64,000 nucleotides of DNA, taken from Malacoraja senta (lineage: Eukaryota). Positions 40,066 through 53,583 of the stretch are shown piece by piece (the stretch's first letter is position 1; every line of letters begins with the position of its first letter). Under the pieces are notes generated by a model. The model was given only the letters and a program-made list of their open reading frames with translations, had not been told where the DNA came from and did not search any database. Location of the stretch: the NCBI GenBank assembly GCA_038087875.1, contig CM075993.1, forward strand, positions 3,908,001 through 3,972,000, in the 5' to 3' direction. The position numbers and the translations under genes were made by a program.

Positions 40066-41459
40066 ATGAAGGAGTGAAATGATTTACTAACCTGCAGATT
40101 GCATTCATCATTGGGTCAGTGACTTCTCTTAAATGAACACGATGACTTCCTTTGGGCACCACTTGATGGCATGAAGAGAGAGCTCAGTGGTGAGTTCACA
40201 GCTCAGTTGTTCCATTGCCGGACCTGCAGCTCACGGACCAGTGCTTTTGGCCCATTCTAAGCTGGTGGCGGCCAGTAGCCAGCAGTTCCTGGTGGAATCT
40301 CCAGCTGTCAGGCAGCCCAATGGGCGAAGAGTTATCTCGGGCGCTGGATAGTTTTTGTTTAGAGATACAGCGCGGAAACAGGCCTTTCGGCCCAACGAGT
40401 CCGCGCCAACAAGCGATCCCCGCACATTAACATTATCCTAAACACACCAAGCCAATTAACCTACAAACTTGTTCGTCTTTGGAGGGCCTGAATCAAGCAC
40501 ACTGCCCCTTGCACAGCTCAATGGGTCACTGCGCCCAGCTCAAATGTAACTCTTCTGCTTCAGGGTCAAGGATGATTTGCTCCGCTTCATGTTCGGTACT
40601 GTGAAGATGCCTGTGCGTGGAATCTTCTAATGTTGGAGGCTTTTGCACACCACCCACCACATGGTTTTGACAGAGAAGGGTCCTGGTCCAGGGGCAAGCA
40701 GGTTCTCCTAATTTAGTCCAAACCTTTGTCGATTCAGACCTACTTAGCTCACTCTCCCAAACTGTCCAAGTCCTTCTGCAAAGTCCCTGCTTTCTCCATG
40801 CTACCTGCCCCTCCAGCTATTAAAATATAACCCGCAAACTTAGCTACTAAGCCTTCACTTCCCTCTCCAAATCATTGATATACAACGTGAAGAGTAGCGG
40901 CCCCAGCACCAACCCCTGCAGTGCACTGTTAGTCACTGGCAGCCAACCAGAAAAGCCCCCCTTTATTCACATGCTTTGCCTCCAGCCTGCTCTCCATGCG
41001 AGTATCTTCCCTCTGATATCTTCTTTAGCAGATTCGCATGCGGCACCTTATCAAAGACATTCTGAAAATCCATCGACTCCCCTTTGTCTATCCTGCTATT
41101 ATCTTCCTCACAAAAATTCCAACAGACTCATCAGGCAAGATCTTCCTTCACAAAGCCATGCTGACCTATTTTATCATGTGCTTCTAAGTAGTCGGATACC
41201 TCATCCTTTAAAATGGACTCTAAAATATTCCCAACCACTGAAGTCAGACGAACCGAATGGAACCCCGGGTAATGTTGATAAAATGAAGATCTCAACTGGT
41301 GTATAAGGTGTATGGTGAAGTAGCACGATGGTTAAATTGCTGGATTATTAGCCAGAGATATACAGTAGGCCATTAATCTGGATGAAGAGTTCAAATGCAC
41401 CTTGGCAGCAGTGGAATTTGAATTCAAGTATTTAAAGAAGTCAAGAATTCAATAAAAGT

Positions 41460-41787
41460 GAGTTTAGTTTAGTTTAGTTTAGATTAGTTTAGAGATACAG
41501 CGCGGGAACAGGCCTTCAGCCCACCGAGTCCGCACCGACCAGCGATCCCCGCACATTAACACTACCCGACACACACTAGGGACAATTTTACGTTTACACC
41601 AAGCCAATTAGCCTCCAAACCTGTACGTCTTTGGAGTGTGGTAGGAAACAGAAGATCTCGGAGAAAACCCACGCGGGCCACGGGGAGAACGTACAAACTC
41701 CGTACAGACAGCACCCGTAGTCAGGATCGAACCCGGGTGTCTGGTGCTGTAAGGCAGCAACTCTACCGTTGCACCACCGTGCCGCCC
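41460..41787 (-). mobile_element. tRNA-derived SINE, full length
   Basis: (agttt)n tail and reverse-complement SINE body. Confidence 0.85.
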
Positions 41788-43882
41788 ATTTGTGTAACAA
41801 TGTCATGCTCTTCTGGCCTGGCCTTTATAAAACTTTGGTTAGACAGCATTTGGAGTATTGTGTGAAGTTCTGGATGCCCCCATTATATGGAGCTTTCCGA
41901 AAGGGCGCAGTGGATGTTTACCAGAATACTGCCTGGATTAGAGGATATTAGAAATTGGACAAACTTGGATTGCTTTCTTGAAGGTTGAGGGGAGTGCTGA
42001 TAGAAGTATGCGAGGCACAGGTAGGGTGGGCACAAATTATTTTCCAGGGTGCAAAATGGTCGTAGGGGGGAAGTTTAAAGGAGACGTGCGGGGAAAATCT
42101 TTTACACAGAGAGTGGTGGGTGCCTGGAACAAACAATCAAGTGGTAATAGAACTGGATACAATAGTGCCATTTAGGAGGCTTCAAGAAAGACATGTGTAA
42201 ATCCACGGAATGGAGGGATATGGATCACGTGCAGACAAAGAAGATTGGTTTGCCTTAAGAGTCACAGTGATAAAGTGATACAGTGCGGAAACAGGCCCTT
42301 CGGCCCAACTTGTCCCACCTATACTAGTCCCACCTACTCGCGTTTGGGCCATATCCCTCCAAACCACTTGATTTTGAAGCATTCATGCATGGTGGAGGTA
42401 TAATGTAGTCACAGTGTGAAAACAGGCCCTTCAGCGCAACTTGCCCACACCCGGCAATATGTCCCAGCTACACTACCTGCTTTTGGTCCATATCCCTCCA
42501 AATCTGTCCCATCCATGCATCAGTCTAACTGTTTCTTAAATGTTGGGATAATTCCTGCCTCAACTACCTCCTCTGGCAGCTTGTTCCATACACCCACCGC
42601 CCTTTGTGTGAAAAGGTTACCCTTCAGATTCCGATTAAGTCTTTCCCCCTTCACCTTAAACCATGACTTGGCATTATGTTCGGCCAAAGGCCTGTTCTAT
42701 GTTACAACCTGCTGTTCCAGTCCTGCTTTTCATTGCCTCATCAGTCTGGACGGCAAATGGTGACCTTCTCAAGTAATGTTTGCATCCCTAATTGAACAGA
42801 TAACTATATATATTTTTTTAAACAGTCACTCACCAGCACAATTTGCTGGTCATTTAAGCAATGTACAACGTGAATAGAATTTTAAGCATGTTCTGCTTCT
42901 GCAGCTGGGCAGGATTGAATATCCTGGAAATAGTGACAAGAAATTTTGAGTTCCGGTAATAGAGTATCCAACCAGTTTTTCAAGCTCGAAGAGAATGTCA
43001 GCAACAATAGAGCTGATTTTTTTTTACACATTCCTCCACTCCTGATTTTCCCTTGTGCTCTGTGTCTCCAGGTGCAAGGTGAGGAAAGCCCTGTCATACA
43101 CCTTTCAGCAAGGTATGTGGTTATACCTGATACCTGTCACAACCAAGCACTGCTTTTGGAGATTATACTGTCCTATCATGCTCAGGAGCACAACAAATAC
43201 AGAATAAACAGGAGAAACTGCAGTCTCAGTACTTGCTTATCGCAAAGCAATCCCCAAGGTCATAAGTGATAGGACAGAAGAGTATTGGCCCATCAAGTCT
43301 ACTCCGCCATTCAATCCTGGCTGATCTATCTCTCCATCCTAACCCCATTCCCCTGCCTTCTCCCCATAACCCCTGACACCCGTACTAATCAAGAATCTAT
43401 CTATCTCTGCTTTAAAAATATCCACTGACTTGACCTCCACAGCCTTCTGTGGCAAAGATTCACCACCCTCTGTCTAAATAAATTCCTTTTCATCTCCTTC
43501 GTAAAGGAAAGTCCTTTAATTCTGAGGCTGTGACCTCTAGTCCTAGACTCTCCCATTAGAGGAAACATCTTCTCCACATCCACTCTATCCAACCCTTTCA
43601 CCATCCGTTGCGTTTCAATGAAGGGCCCCCTCATCCTTCTAAACTCCAGCGAGTACAGGCCCAGTGCTGTCAAACGCTCATCATGTTGACCCACTCATTC
43701 CTGGGATCATTCTCGTAAACCTCCTCTGGACCCTCTCCAGAGCCAACCACAACCTTCCTCAGATATGGGATGTAATGCTGAGGCTCTATAAGGCGCTGGT
43801 GTGGCCTTAACATTGTGAGCAATTTTGGGGACCATATCTGAGAAAGGATGTGCTGGCTCTGGAGAGGGTCCAGAGGAGGTTT

Positions 43883-44856
43883 CTCAACAACAACTTCATC
43901 AACAAGTTTGCTGATGACACAACAGTGGTGGGTCTCATCAGTGACAATGATGAGTCGGTGTACAGGATGGAGGTGGAGCTGCTCACAGGATGGTGCAAAT
44001 CCCACAACCTCATTCTCAACGTGGGAAAGACTAAGGAGATGGTGGTTGACTTCAGGACGGCGGGAAAACAACACCATACACCTCTGCACATCGATGGAGC
44101 TGATGTGGAAAGGGTCAACAGCGTGAAGTTCCTAGGACTCCACCTGTCAGATGACCTGACGTCCACAACCAACACCACAGCACTGGTCAAGAGAGCCCAG
44201 CAGCGACTACACCCTCTCCAAAGACTACGTAAAGCAGGTCTCCCCACTACACACCTACGAACTTTTTATAGGGGGACAATCGAGAGCACATTAACCTATG
44301 GCATCACTTCCTGGTTCGGGAGCTGCAAGGCGTACGAACGGCACCAACTAGACAGGATTGTGAAGACCGCCAGCAGGATTATTGGTGCTCCAATCCCTTT
44401 CCTGCTGGACATATACAGGAAGAGATGTATCAGCAGAGCCATCTCCATCATCAAAGACCCCTACCACCCATCGCACCACATATTCTCCATCCTGCCATCC
44501 GGGAAGAGGTACCGGAGCATTAGGTGCAAAACCAGCAGGATGCTCCTCAGCTTCTTCCCGCAGGTTATAAGACTGATAAACGGACTTTGTCCCCTGCCAA
44601 AGTATCGTGCACCAACCACCAACCTGGACACACGGCAGCAGAGCCACTGTCGTGCCGCTGCCGATCGGAACGCCTGTTGATGTTTAGTAGAGAGTAGAGT
44701 GTTAATTTGTTCATGATATATGTATTTTTACTTCTATTTATTTTTTACTGCACACTGAAATGGACACTGGTTGAGGAACGTTTTTTTGGTTCCTCTGGGT
44801 ATGCGAATACTCAGGAAATTACAATAAAGATATACAATACAATACAATACAATACA
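43883..44856 (+). mobile_element. Rex/Babar-like LINE, 5'-truncated, with open RT C-terminal frame; inserted in a CR1
   Basis: KFADDTTVVGLISDNDESVYR.EV..L..WC...NL.LNV.KTKEMVVDFR...KFLG...LPSGKRYRSI; (caata)n tail; host CR1 resumes at acaagaatgatcccagg. Confidence 0.82.
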
Positions 44857-46758
44857 AGAATGATCCCAGGAATGAACACGCTAACCTATGATGAACGTTT
44901 GTTGCCACTGGGCCTGTACTCGCTGGCATTTAGAAGAATGAGGGGGGACCTCATTGAAACATTCAGAATAGTGAAAGGCTTGGATAGAATGGATGTGGAG
45001 AGGATGTTTCCACTGGTGGGAGAGTCTAGGACTATAGGTCACAGCCTCAGAATTAAAGGACATTCTTTTAGGAAGGAGATGAGGAGACATTTCTTTAGTC
45101 AGAGGGTGGTGATTCTGTGGAATTCTTTGCCACAGAAGGCTGCGGAGGCTAAGTCAGTGGATATTTTTAAGGCAGAGATAGATTCTTAATTAGTATGGGT
45201 GTCAGAGGTTATGGGGAGAAGGCAGGAGAATAGGGTTAGGAGAAAGAGATAGATCAGCCATGATTGAATGGTGGAGTCTTTCTACAGCCAGAGGTCAGGA
45301 CTCTGATCCTTAGGTCTACAGCCCACCCAGGGTTATTAACATCTGACTTATGGACATGCTGTACATATGAATGAGGTGGATGGGGATGGATTTGCTGGCT
45401 GCTCTGGGGTACAGACATCTCCTGCCGAATGGGAAAGGGGCAGAGTGAGAGTGAGAGGATTGACACAAAATGCTGGAGTAACTCAGCGGGACAGGCAGCA
45501 TCTCTGGAGAGAAGGAATGGGTGAGGTTTCGGGTCCAGATCCTTCTTCAGACCCGAAACACCATCTGATCCTTTTCTCCAGAGATGCTGTCTGGCCCTCT
45601 GAGTTACTCCAGCTTTTTGTGTCTATCTTCGGTTTAAACCAGCACCTGCAGTTCCTTCCTTCACAAGTGTTGATGCCTAGTTTGGAGTGCGGGAGATTTG
45701 ACGGGTCTTGAGCTTGTGGATCGTGTTTGAGGGCCCGCAGAATTTTTCAGTGCCTTAAACCACCATAAAAATCTAGAGTCATAGAGTGAGACAGAGTCAG
45801 AGGAAAGGGAAACTGGAGATGTGGAAGGTTAAGGTGTGAAAACTAGAGATCAAAGGGGACAAAGGTCAAGGAAAATGTAGAATAGATCATTGTTAGCTTG
45901 GCAACGAGGCATACAAGGTAACATTTAATCTGGAGGACAGTCAGACTGCTCAGAGAACTAGGATGGGGGATGGATGTAGAGAGAGGGAAAGCAAGGTTTA
46001 CTTGAAGTTAGAGAAGTCAAAATTCACACTGCTGGGTTGTAAGCTGCCCAAGCGAAATATGAGGTGCTGTTCCTTCAATTAATGAGAGGGGGACTACCAA
46101 GTGATGAATGCATCTGGTCAATTATTTATCCTTTGTTAAATCCTCATAATAGTAGCAAAATCCAAAGTTACCAACCATATTGTGGGAAATAAAACATTGC
46201 TCTAGATCCAAAGCACAGATTAGTTTAGTTTCGTTTAGAGATAGTTCAGCGCGGAAACAGGCCCTTCGGATTACTGTGTCCGCGCCGAACAGCAATCACC
46301 CAGTACACTGCCGCTATCTTACACACAGTAGGAACAATTTACCATTTTACAGAAACCAATTAAATCCAAACCTGTACAGCTTTGGAGTGTGGGAGAAAAC
46401 CGGAGCACCCGGAGAAAACTCACGTAGGTCACAGGGAGAATGTACAAACTGCGTACAGACAGAACCTCTGGTCAGGATCGAACCTGGGTCTCTGGCGCTG
46501 TTAGACAGCAACTCTACTGCTGTACCACCGTGCCGCCGATGGCTGGACCATGGCTCCATCCATTCCCCAACCTTCAACAGTTGACTTAGTCAGGCCGATG
46601 CCATCAGCAAACAGCTCATCAAGGCTGTGACCTTGTCCCTTTCGAACCACAATACACTGCTATATGGATTGCAAACACAGCACTAGATATGGAATGGTTC
46701 AGATCTATTGCCGAACGGTCAGGTTTTTTTCCACTGATCAGCAATAGTTGTATCCTCA

Positions 46759-47181
46759 TGGGCTTGTCCCACTTAGGCGATTTTTTAGGCAACTACAGGC
46801 GACTGCCGGAAATTTTCAACATGCTGGAATGTTTTCAGCGACAGTGGCAACAATTTGGGCTGTCGTAGGTTATCGTAGGTGCTGTGGTAGGTTGTTGCCA
46901 GGTTAACGTAGGTTGTTGCCAGGTTAACGTAGGTTGTCGCCAGGTTAACATAGGTTGTCGCCAGGTTAACGTAGGTTGTCGCCAGGTTAACATAGGTTGG
47001 CAACAGGTGACGTAGGTTGGCAACAGGTGACGTAGGTTGGCAACAGGTGACGTAGGTTGGCAACAGGTGACGTAGGTTGGCAACAGGTGACGTAGGTTGT
47101 CGCCGGTGCTGACTTCAGTGAATTCCATTGTCCTAGTCGCTGGCAGTCGCCTAAAAAAATCTCCTAAGTGGGACAGGCCCA
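46759..47181. mobile_element. PIF/Harbinger-type MITE with internal 21-bp and 20-bp tandem arrays
   Basis: TIR tgggcttgtcccacttagg / cctaagtgggacaggccca; TCA on both sides; arrays at about 46887-47100. Confidence 0.8.
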
Positions 47182-49158
47182 TCATTCAACTACCATTGTG
47201 CCCAGTGTTAGTTACCTGTAAAAGATTCAGGCCTGAGGAGTTCCACTGGAAACACAACGTGCTGGTTGAACTCAGTGGGTCCAGATCTATTCAGATTCAG
47301 TAGATAGGAAAGGTCGGTGAACCTTTGTAACTTTGTCAGCGTCAGATCGTGGCAATACATGATTTTACTGGGCTGTATGCAAAACAAAGAATTTCACTGT
47401 ACATAATGTGCGATCCCCGTACATTAACTCTATCCTACACAAGCCAGGGACAATTCATACATACACCAAGCCAATTAACCTACAAACCTGTACGTCTTTG
47501 GAGTGTGGGAGGAAATCGAAGATCTCGGAGAAAACCAACGCGGTCACGGGGGGAACGTACAAACTCTGTACAGACATCACCCGTAGTCGGGATCGAACCC
47601 GGGTCTCTGGCGCTGCAACAACTCCAACGCTGTGCCACCGTGACCACTTTGCTTCAGGGACAAAGAGTGTTCCCATTTCCCTGGGAAACACCACCCAGCC
47701 AAGATGCAGTCGTGGCTGTGGAGAGACAAAGGACAACCCTCAGCCCTTTAGACAGACACAAAGTGCTGGAGTAACTCAGCGGGTCAGGCAACATCTCTGG
47801 GGGAAAAGGATGGGTGATATGTCGGATCGGAACCCTTCTTCAGACCCTCCCTCCATTCTTGGGACCTTTGTTTGGTGGGCTCTCTAAAGCCACGTTCAGC
47901 TTCCCCCTCACACCGGCAACGTTCCCTTGGAACGCAGGTAGTGCCGGAATTATCGCAAACCTGACCTTGTGTGACAAATCAGCCACGATGGAATGGCGGA
48001 GATGGGCCGAATGGCCTAATTCTACTCCTATCACTCATGGTCTTGTGCTCAAAGATGCCTCCGCTCAACGTGCCTTGACGCAAATGGTTCGGGAGGTATG
48101 TCCTCACTCATCGAGCCTTGACCTCTCACTGGGATTTCACAACTTAGAACACATCACTGCCCCTGCAGCCTCCAATCAGTCAGATAAGGGGACAGCTAGC
48201 GTTGGGTAATGTGTGTCCACATCACACACACACACCCAAAGCTCAAAAACAAGTTATGTAATGCTGCCTCAATGGTTGTAATCCGATATTATGTTAACAT
48301 TTCTCCAAGCCAAGTTTCACTCAGCGTAATTGATTGTTGGGCTAAATTGGAAAACTATGTGTTCTCCACCACAGGACAAGGTAAACATGCCCACTTCATT
48401 CACTCCCTGAAAACATCAGGTTAGAAGGAATGACGGTAGGCAAAAATGCTGGAGAAACTCACCCGCTCAGTTTCTCCAGCATTTTTGTCTACCTTCGATT
48501 TTTCCAGCAGGTTAAAGGAATGATGTGGGCACTCATCCCATCCACTCTGTTCCATGTATCTCTTAGTTTAGAGATACAGCGCGGAAACAGGCCCTTTGGC
48601 CCCACCGACCAGCGATCCCCGCACACTAACACTATCCTACACACTCCAGGGACAATTTACACTTATAGCAAGCTGATTCACCTACACACCTGTACGTCTT
48701 TGGAGTGTGGGAGGAAACTGAAGACCTCAGAGGAAACCCAGGTGGTCACGGGGAGAACGTACAAACTCCGCACAGACAGGACCCCCAGTCAGGATCGAAC
48801 CCGGGTCTCTGGCGCTGCAAGCGCTGTGAGGCAGCCTTCCTGATGAGTTTGTTGATCCTATTGGCGTCCGCTGCCTTCGCCCTGCTGCCCCAGCACACGG
48901 CAGCGAAGAAGATGGCACTGGCTACCATCGAACGGCTGCTTTTCCAACACAGTGTAAAGTGAAGATGGGGTTAATGACGGGTATCTGATCTATGTGGTGG
49001 CTGGTCTACGTCCACAACTCTCTGCAACTTCTTGGGGTCTTGGTGTTCGCTGCGGTGATATTGATTCTAATAAATTCCAATCCCAATCTAGAACAGTTTC
49101 CATAAAATATCAACAAAGTTACAATTTAATTTTGGATAGATAGAAAAATCTGGAGTAA

Positions 49159-49356
49159 AGGGCCTGTCCCACTTGGGCGTCATTTGCGCGACATATTTTA
49201 CGCGTCACGACGCTTGACGCGCACGTGATGCGTGCATGGTGCGTAGTGACGTAGGCAGTGACGCGCGATCGCGCGCGGCGCCCCAGGATTTTGGGATGTA
49301 CAAAATCTTTGCTCGCCATCTGCGTGACGTGCAAATGCCCAAGTGGGACAGGCCCT
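49159..49356. mobile_element. PIF/Harbinger-type MITE
   Basis: Perfect TIR agggcctgtcccacttgggc; TAA TSD; splits a Penelope-derived repeat (ggagTAActcagc). Confidence 0.85.
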
Positions 49357-49571
49357 TAACTCAGCGGGTCAGGCAGTATCTCTGGAGAAAGGGAACAGGT
49401 GACGTTTCGAGTTGAGACCTTTCTTTAGACCCTTTTCTCCAGAGATGCTGCTTGTCCCGCTGAGTTACTCCAGCTTTTTGTGTCGGTCTTCGGTTTAAAC
49501 CAGCATCTGCAGTTCCTTCCTGTCCAATTTTTTTTCTTTTTCTGTTACAAAAAAAGAATCTGCAGACGGTG

Positions 49572-49950
49572 GAAATCTGAATAATGAAACAGAAATCCAA
49601 ATAATGAAACAGAAATCTGAATAATGAAACAGAAATCGGAATGAAACAGAAATCCGAATAATGAAACAGAAATCTGAATAATGAAACAGAAATCTGAATA
49701 ATGAAACAGAAATCTGAATAATGAAACAGAAATCTGAATAATGAAACAGAAATCCGAATAATGAAACAGAAATCTGAATAATGAAACAGAAATCTGAATA
49801 ATGAAACAGAAATCCGAATAATGAAATAGAAATCTGAATAATGAAAGAGAAATCCGAATAATGAAACAGAAATCTGAATAATGAAACAGAAATCGGAATA
49901 ATGAAACAGAAATCCGAATAATGAAACAGAAATCCGAATAATGAAACAGA
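49572..49950. repeat. 20-bp minisatellite, about 19 units
   Basis: Unit gaaatc(t/c)gaataatgaaaca, embedded in a Penelope-terminus-like sequence. Confidence 0.92.
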
Positions 49951-50562
49951 CAACTTTCAGCAGGTCAGGCAGCATCTGTTTAGAAATGACAGAGCCAACA
50001 TGGGAGGTTGAGAAGAGTCTCAACCTGAAACCTCACCCATTCCTGCTCTCCAGAGATGCTGCCTGTCCCGCTGAGTTACTCCAGCTATTTGTGCCTATCG
50101 CTGGATAAAGTCCCTTCATCCTGTCCTGATAACTGAAGCTCCCCTGACCTATTGAGTATTTCCAGCATTTTGGGCTTTTTGTTTGCGATTTCAAAATGGA
50201 CCTATGTACTTTTACTGGTTAAATATACAACAGCACTCTACTACTAAAGCAACTTGAAGTAGAACACGGTGTTCCCTTGCAGTTCACTGCGTGGGAACTG
50301 GGATATCCCTGGCACAAGAGGCCATGGAACTGGTCCTAGTCAATAAAGTACACCCATGCAGCACTGTGTACACTTCAAGAGCTGTAACTGCGGAAGTCTC
50401 AGAACAGTGACGGGGATAATGATGCAAATTCTAGCGAGGGTCAGAAGGTCATCAGTTATAGGAGTAGAATTAGGCCATTCGGCCCATCAAGTCTACTCCA
50501 CCATTCAATCATGGCTGATATATCTCTCCCTCCTAACCCCATTCTCCTGCTTTCTCCACGTA

Positions 50563-51830
50563 GCTTGTACTCGCTAGAATTTAGAAGATTGAGGGGGGAT
50601 CTTATAGAAACGTACAAACTTCTTAAGGGGTTGGACAGGCTAGATGCAGGAAGATTGTTCCCGATGTTGGGGAAGTCCAGGACAAGGGGTCACAGTTTAA
50701 GGATAAAGGGGAAATCCTTTAGGACCGAGATGAGAAAAACATTTTTCACACAGAGAGTGGTGAATCTCTGGAACTCTCTGCCACAGAAGGTAGTTGAGGC
50801 CAGTTCATTGGTTATATTTAAGAGGGAGTTAGATGTGGCCCTTGTGGCTAAAGGGATCAGGGGGTATGGAGAGAAGGCAGGTACAGGATACTGAGTTGGA
50901 TGATCAGCCATGATCATATTGAATGGCGGTGCAGGCTCAAAGGGCCAAATGGCCTACTCCTGTACCTATTTTCTATGTTTCTATGTTTCTCTCCAGAGAT
51001 GCTACCTGACCCGCTGAGTTACCCTAGCCTCTTGTTCCTTTCTTCTATGAAGAAGATGAACAGCAGGGGGCAGTGTTACAGCTCCATCCGTCTCTTCACT
51101 TACTAAATGGTGAAATTTACTAAATTCTTTGTAAGTTATGTCTTATTTCACATCCTCTACCCTCCGTGTGAATCTGTGACCGTTTAAAAAAATTAAAGCT
51201 AGTAGGAAGGACTGAGTCACTTGTCACATTCAACACTGTCACCTGGGGTTTTGAAATCATTGCCTTGGGCTGCGTGCAGAGCTCAGTTTGCTGAACTGCG
51301 GTGCCAGAAATCTCCAGGTGAAGTATGTCAACTTCATGGTGTATGCTTACAGAGAAGAATGACCTCTTTATTTAGACACAGGTTTGCCCAGTAATCAAAA
51401 CTAGCAGGGGAGAATAGGTGAAAATGGCACAAAGAGGCAAATGGAGGTTTAGAGTAATCAGTGACCATTTTTCCAAGTCTGTTTGTCAGATTGAGTGGGG
51501 AAGAACGGTTTGTCATATTTCTTTATTATATCATTGCTAATTGTCCAGTCACCGGCCAAGCATCTCAACCAGTGAATGCATCTGTCAGAGTGTGAAATGT
51601 ACCAGGAAAAAATATGTTCAGCAAAAATTCCAGGACTGGGAGTATTTGTTAATTTCTCACCTCCTCTTGTTTAATCCAAGTGACATGATACAGCAAAGCC
51701 TTGGAGTCATAGAGTGATACAGCGTGGAAACAGGCCCTTCGGCTCAACATGTCCCAACTACACTAGTCCCACCTGCCCGCATTTGGTCCATATCCCTCCA
51801 AACCTGTCCTATCCATGTACCTGTCTAAAG
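50563..51830 (+). repeat. Inverted duplication, copy 1 (CR1 3' end, about 0.7 kb non-repeat DNA, repeat fragment)
   Basis: Reverse complement of 59442-60707 with scattered differences; mirrored ORFs 51334-51516(-) and 59756-59938(+). Confidence 0.93.
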
Positions 51831-52113
51831 CCCCCGTCCCACTTTTCCCGAGTTACTCACGAATTCTCCCGAGTTTTCCCCTTGCTTCAAACTCGGGGAA
51901 TGTCCGTAGTGAGTCCGTAGCGAGCGGCTCGTAATGCCAGCCGTCGGTACTCGGGGCAACAGGTAAGTCGGGACGTTTTTTCAGCATGTTGGAAAATGTC
52001 CACGAGTAAAACAAATATAGCCCCGAGTACCTATTACCATAATTCTCCCAGTTTGAATCAAGGGGAAAACTCGGGAGAATTCGTGAGTAACTCGGGAAAG
52101 TGGGACAGGGGCT
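51829..52113. mobile_element. PIF/Harbinger-type MITE
   Basis: TIR agcccccgtcccac / gtgggacaggggct; TAA TSD (51826-51828, 52114-52116). Confidence 0.85.
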
Positions 52114-53099
52114 TAACTGTTTCTTAAATGTTGGGATAGTCCCAGCCTCAACTACCTCCTCTGACAGCTTGTTCCATACACCCACCACCCTTTGTGAAAA
52201 AGTTACCACTCAGATTCCTGTTAAATCTATTCCCCTTCACCTTAAACCTATGTCCCCTGGTCCTCGATTCACCTACTCCGGGGAAGAGACTGCGTACCTT
52301 GTGACCTTTGCGCTGAGATAGAGGACAAAACTGGTGCATGCCAGACCTTTGTCAACAGTGTGTCAATATATCTACCAAAAATCACAAGAACTTGAGTTCA
52401 TTTGGAGTGGTATTGTGTGTAGCTTTGACCTCAGAAACTGGGGTTGCTTCGAGACCATGCAGTGTAAATACACCAGACTGAAACGTGGAATAAATAAGTT
52501 GACCTGTGAAAAGCAACATTTTAGGAAGATTAACAAATACGCGGTGGAGTTTGGGGGAATATTTAATTCCTTTATAGGATCTCATTGCTGGCAAGGCCGT
52601 TATTTATCCACCTGGATGCGGTTGGATTGCAAAGCTTTAGACAGTAGACAATAGGTGCAGGGGTAGGCCATTCGGCCCTTCGAGCCAGCACCGCCATTCA
52701 ATGTGATCATGGCTGATCATCCCCAATCAGTACCCCGTTCCTGCCTTCTCCCCATATCCCCTGACTACGCTATCTTTAAGAGCCCTATCTAGCTCTCTCT
52801 TGAAAGTATCCAGAGAACCGGCCTCCACCGTCCTCTGAGGCAGAGAATTCCACACTCACCACTCCCTGTGAGAAAAAGTGTTTCCTCGTCTCCGTTCCAA
52901 ATGGCTTACCCCTTACTCTTAAACTGTGGCCCCTGGTTCTAGACTCCCCCAACATCGGGAACATGTTTCCTGCCTCTAGTGTGTCCAAACCCTTAATAAT
53001 CTTATATGTTTCAATAAGATTCCCTCTCATCCTTCTAAACTCCAGAGTCTCCATTCTCTCAGCCGCTCCATTCTCTCAGCATATGCTGTGAGAAAGATT

Positions 53100-53583
53100 T
53101 TTTTTTTAAATATTTTTATTAGAAGTCATAAACAATAGTATAAACTGAGAATAATATAATACATTTCATGTACAACTTCTTGTTTTGAAATGTAATAATA
53201 AAAAAGTAGTAGAAGCAAAAAGAGAGAAAAAGAAAGTTAGATAAGGTGGTGAAAGTAATAGGTTGTGAAAAAGTGCAGTAAAAAGAGAGAGAAGAGAAAA
53301 GAGAAAAAAAAAGAAAAAAATTAAAAAGATAAAAGGGATATAGCTGCTTCATATCTTTGCGCACCCCTCACCCGGTTCTGAAAGTTAATTTCCAGGGTTA
53401 TGTTGCACCATATGCTTGTAATAATTCGATAAAGAGAGACCAAATCTTTAAGAATTGGTCTGATTTGCCTGCTAGGACGAATCTCATGTCTTCTAGATGT
53501 AACATTTCAGACATATTTGAGATCCACATTTTAAGCATTGGTGTTGGTGCATTTTTCCAGAATTTTAATATAAGTTTTTTGCT
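53100..53583 (-). mobile_element. L1-clade LINE 3' fragment
   Basis: KKLILKFWKNAPTP..KMW.SNMSE.LHLEDMRF.LAGK.DQF.KIWS ORF2 C-terminus; A-rich tail. Confidence 0.78.

Noticed and set aside
42820..42850. Possible SORD upstream-exon donor (tgtgctg|gtgagt on the minus strand)
   Set aside because: The upstream sequence does not translate into the expected SORD peptide.
51334..51516. Duplicated 60-aa ORF (twin at 59756-59938)
   Set aside because: Similarity comes from the DNA duplication; no motif or splice structure supports coding.
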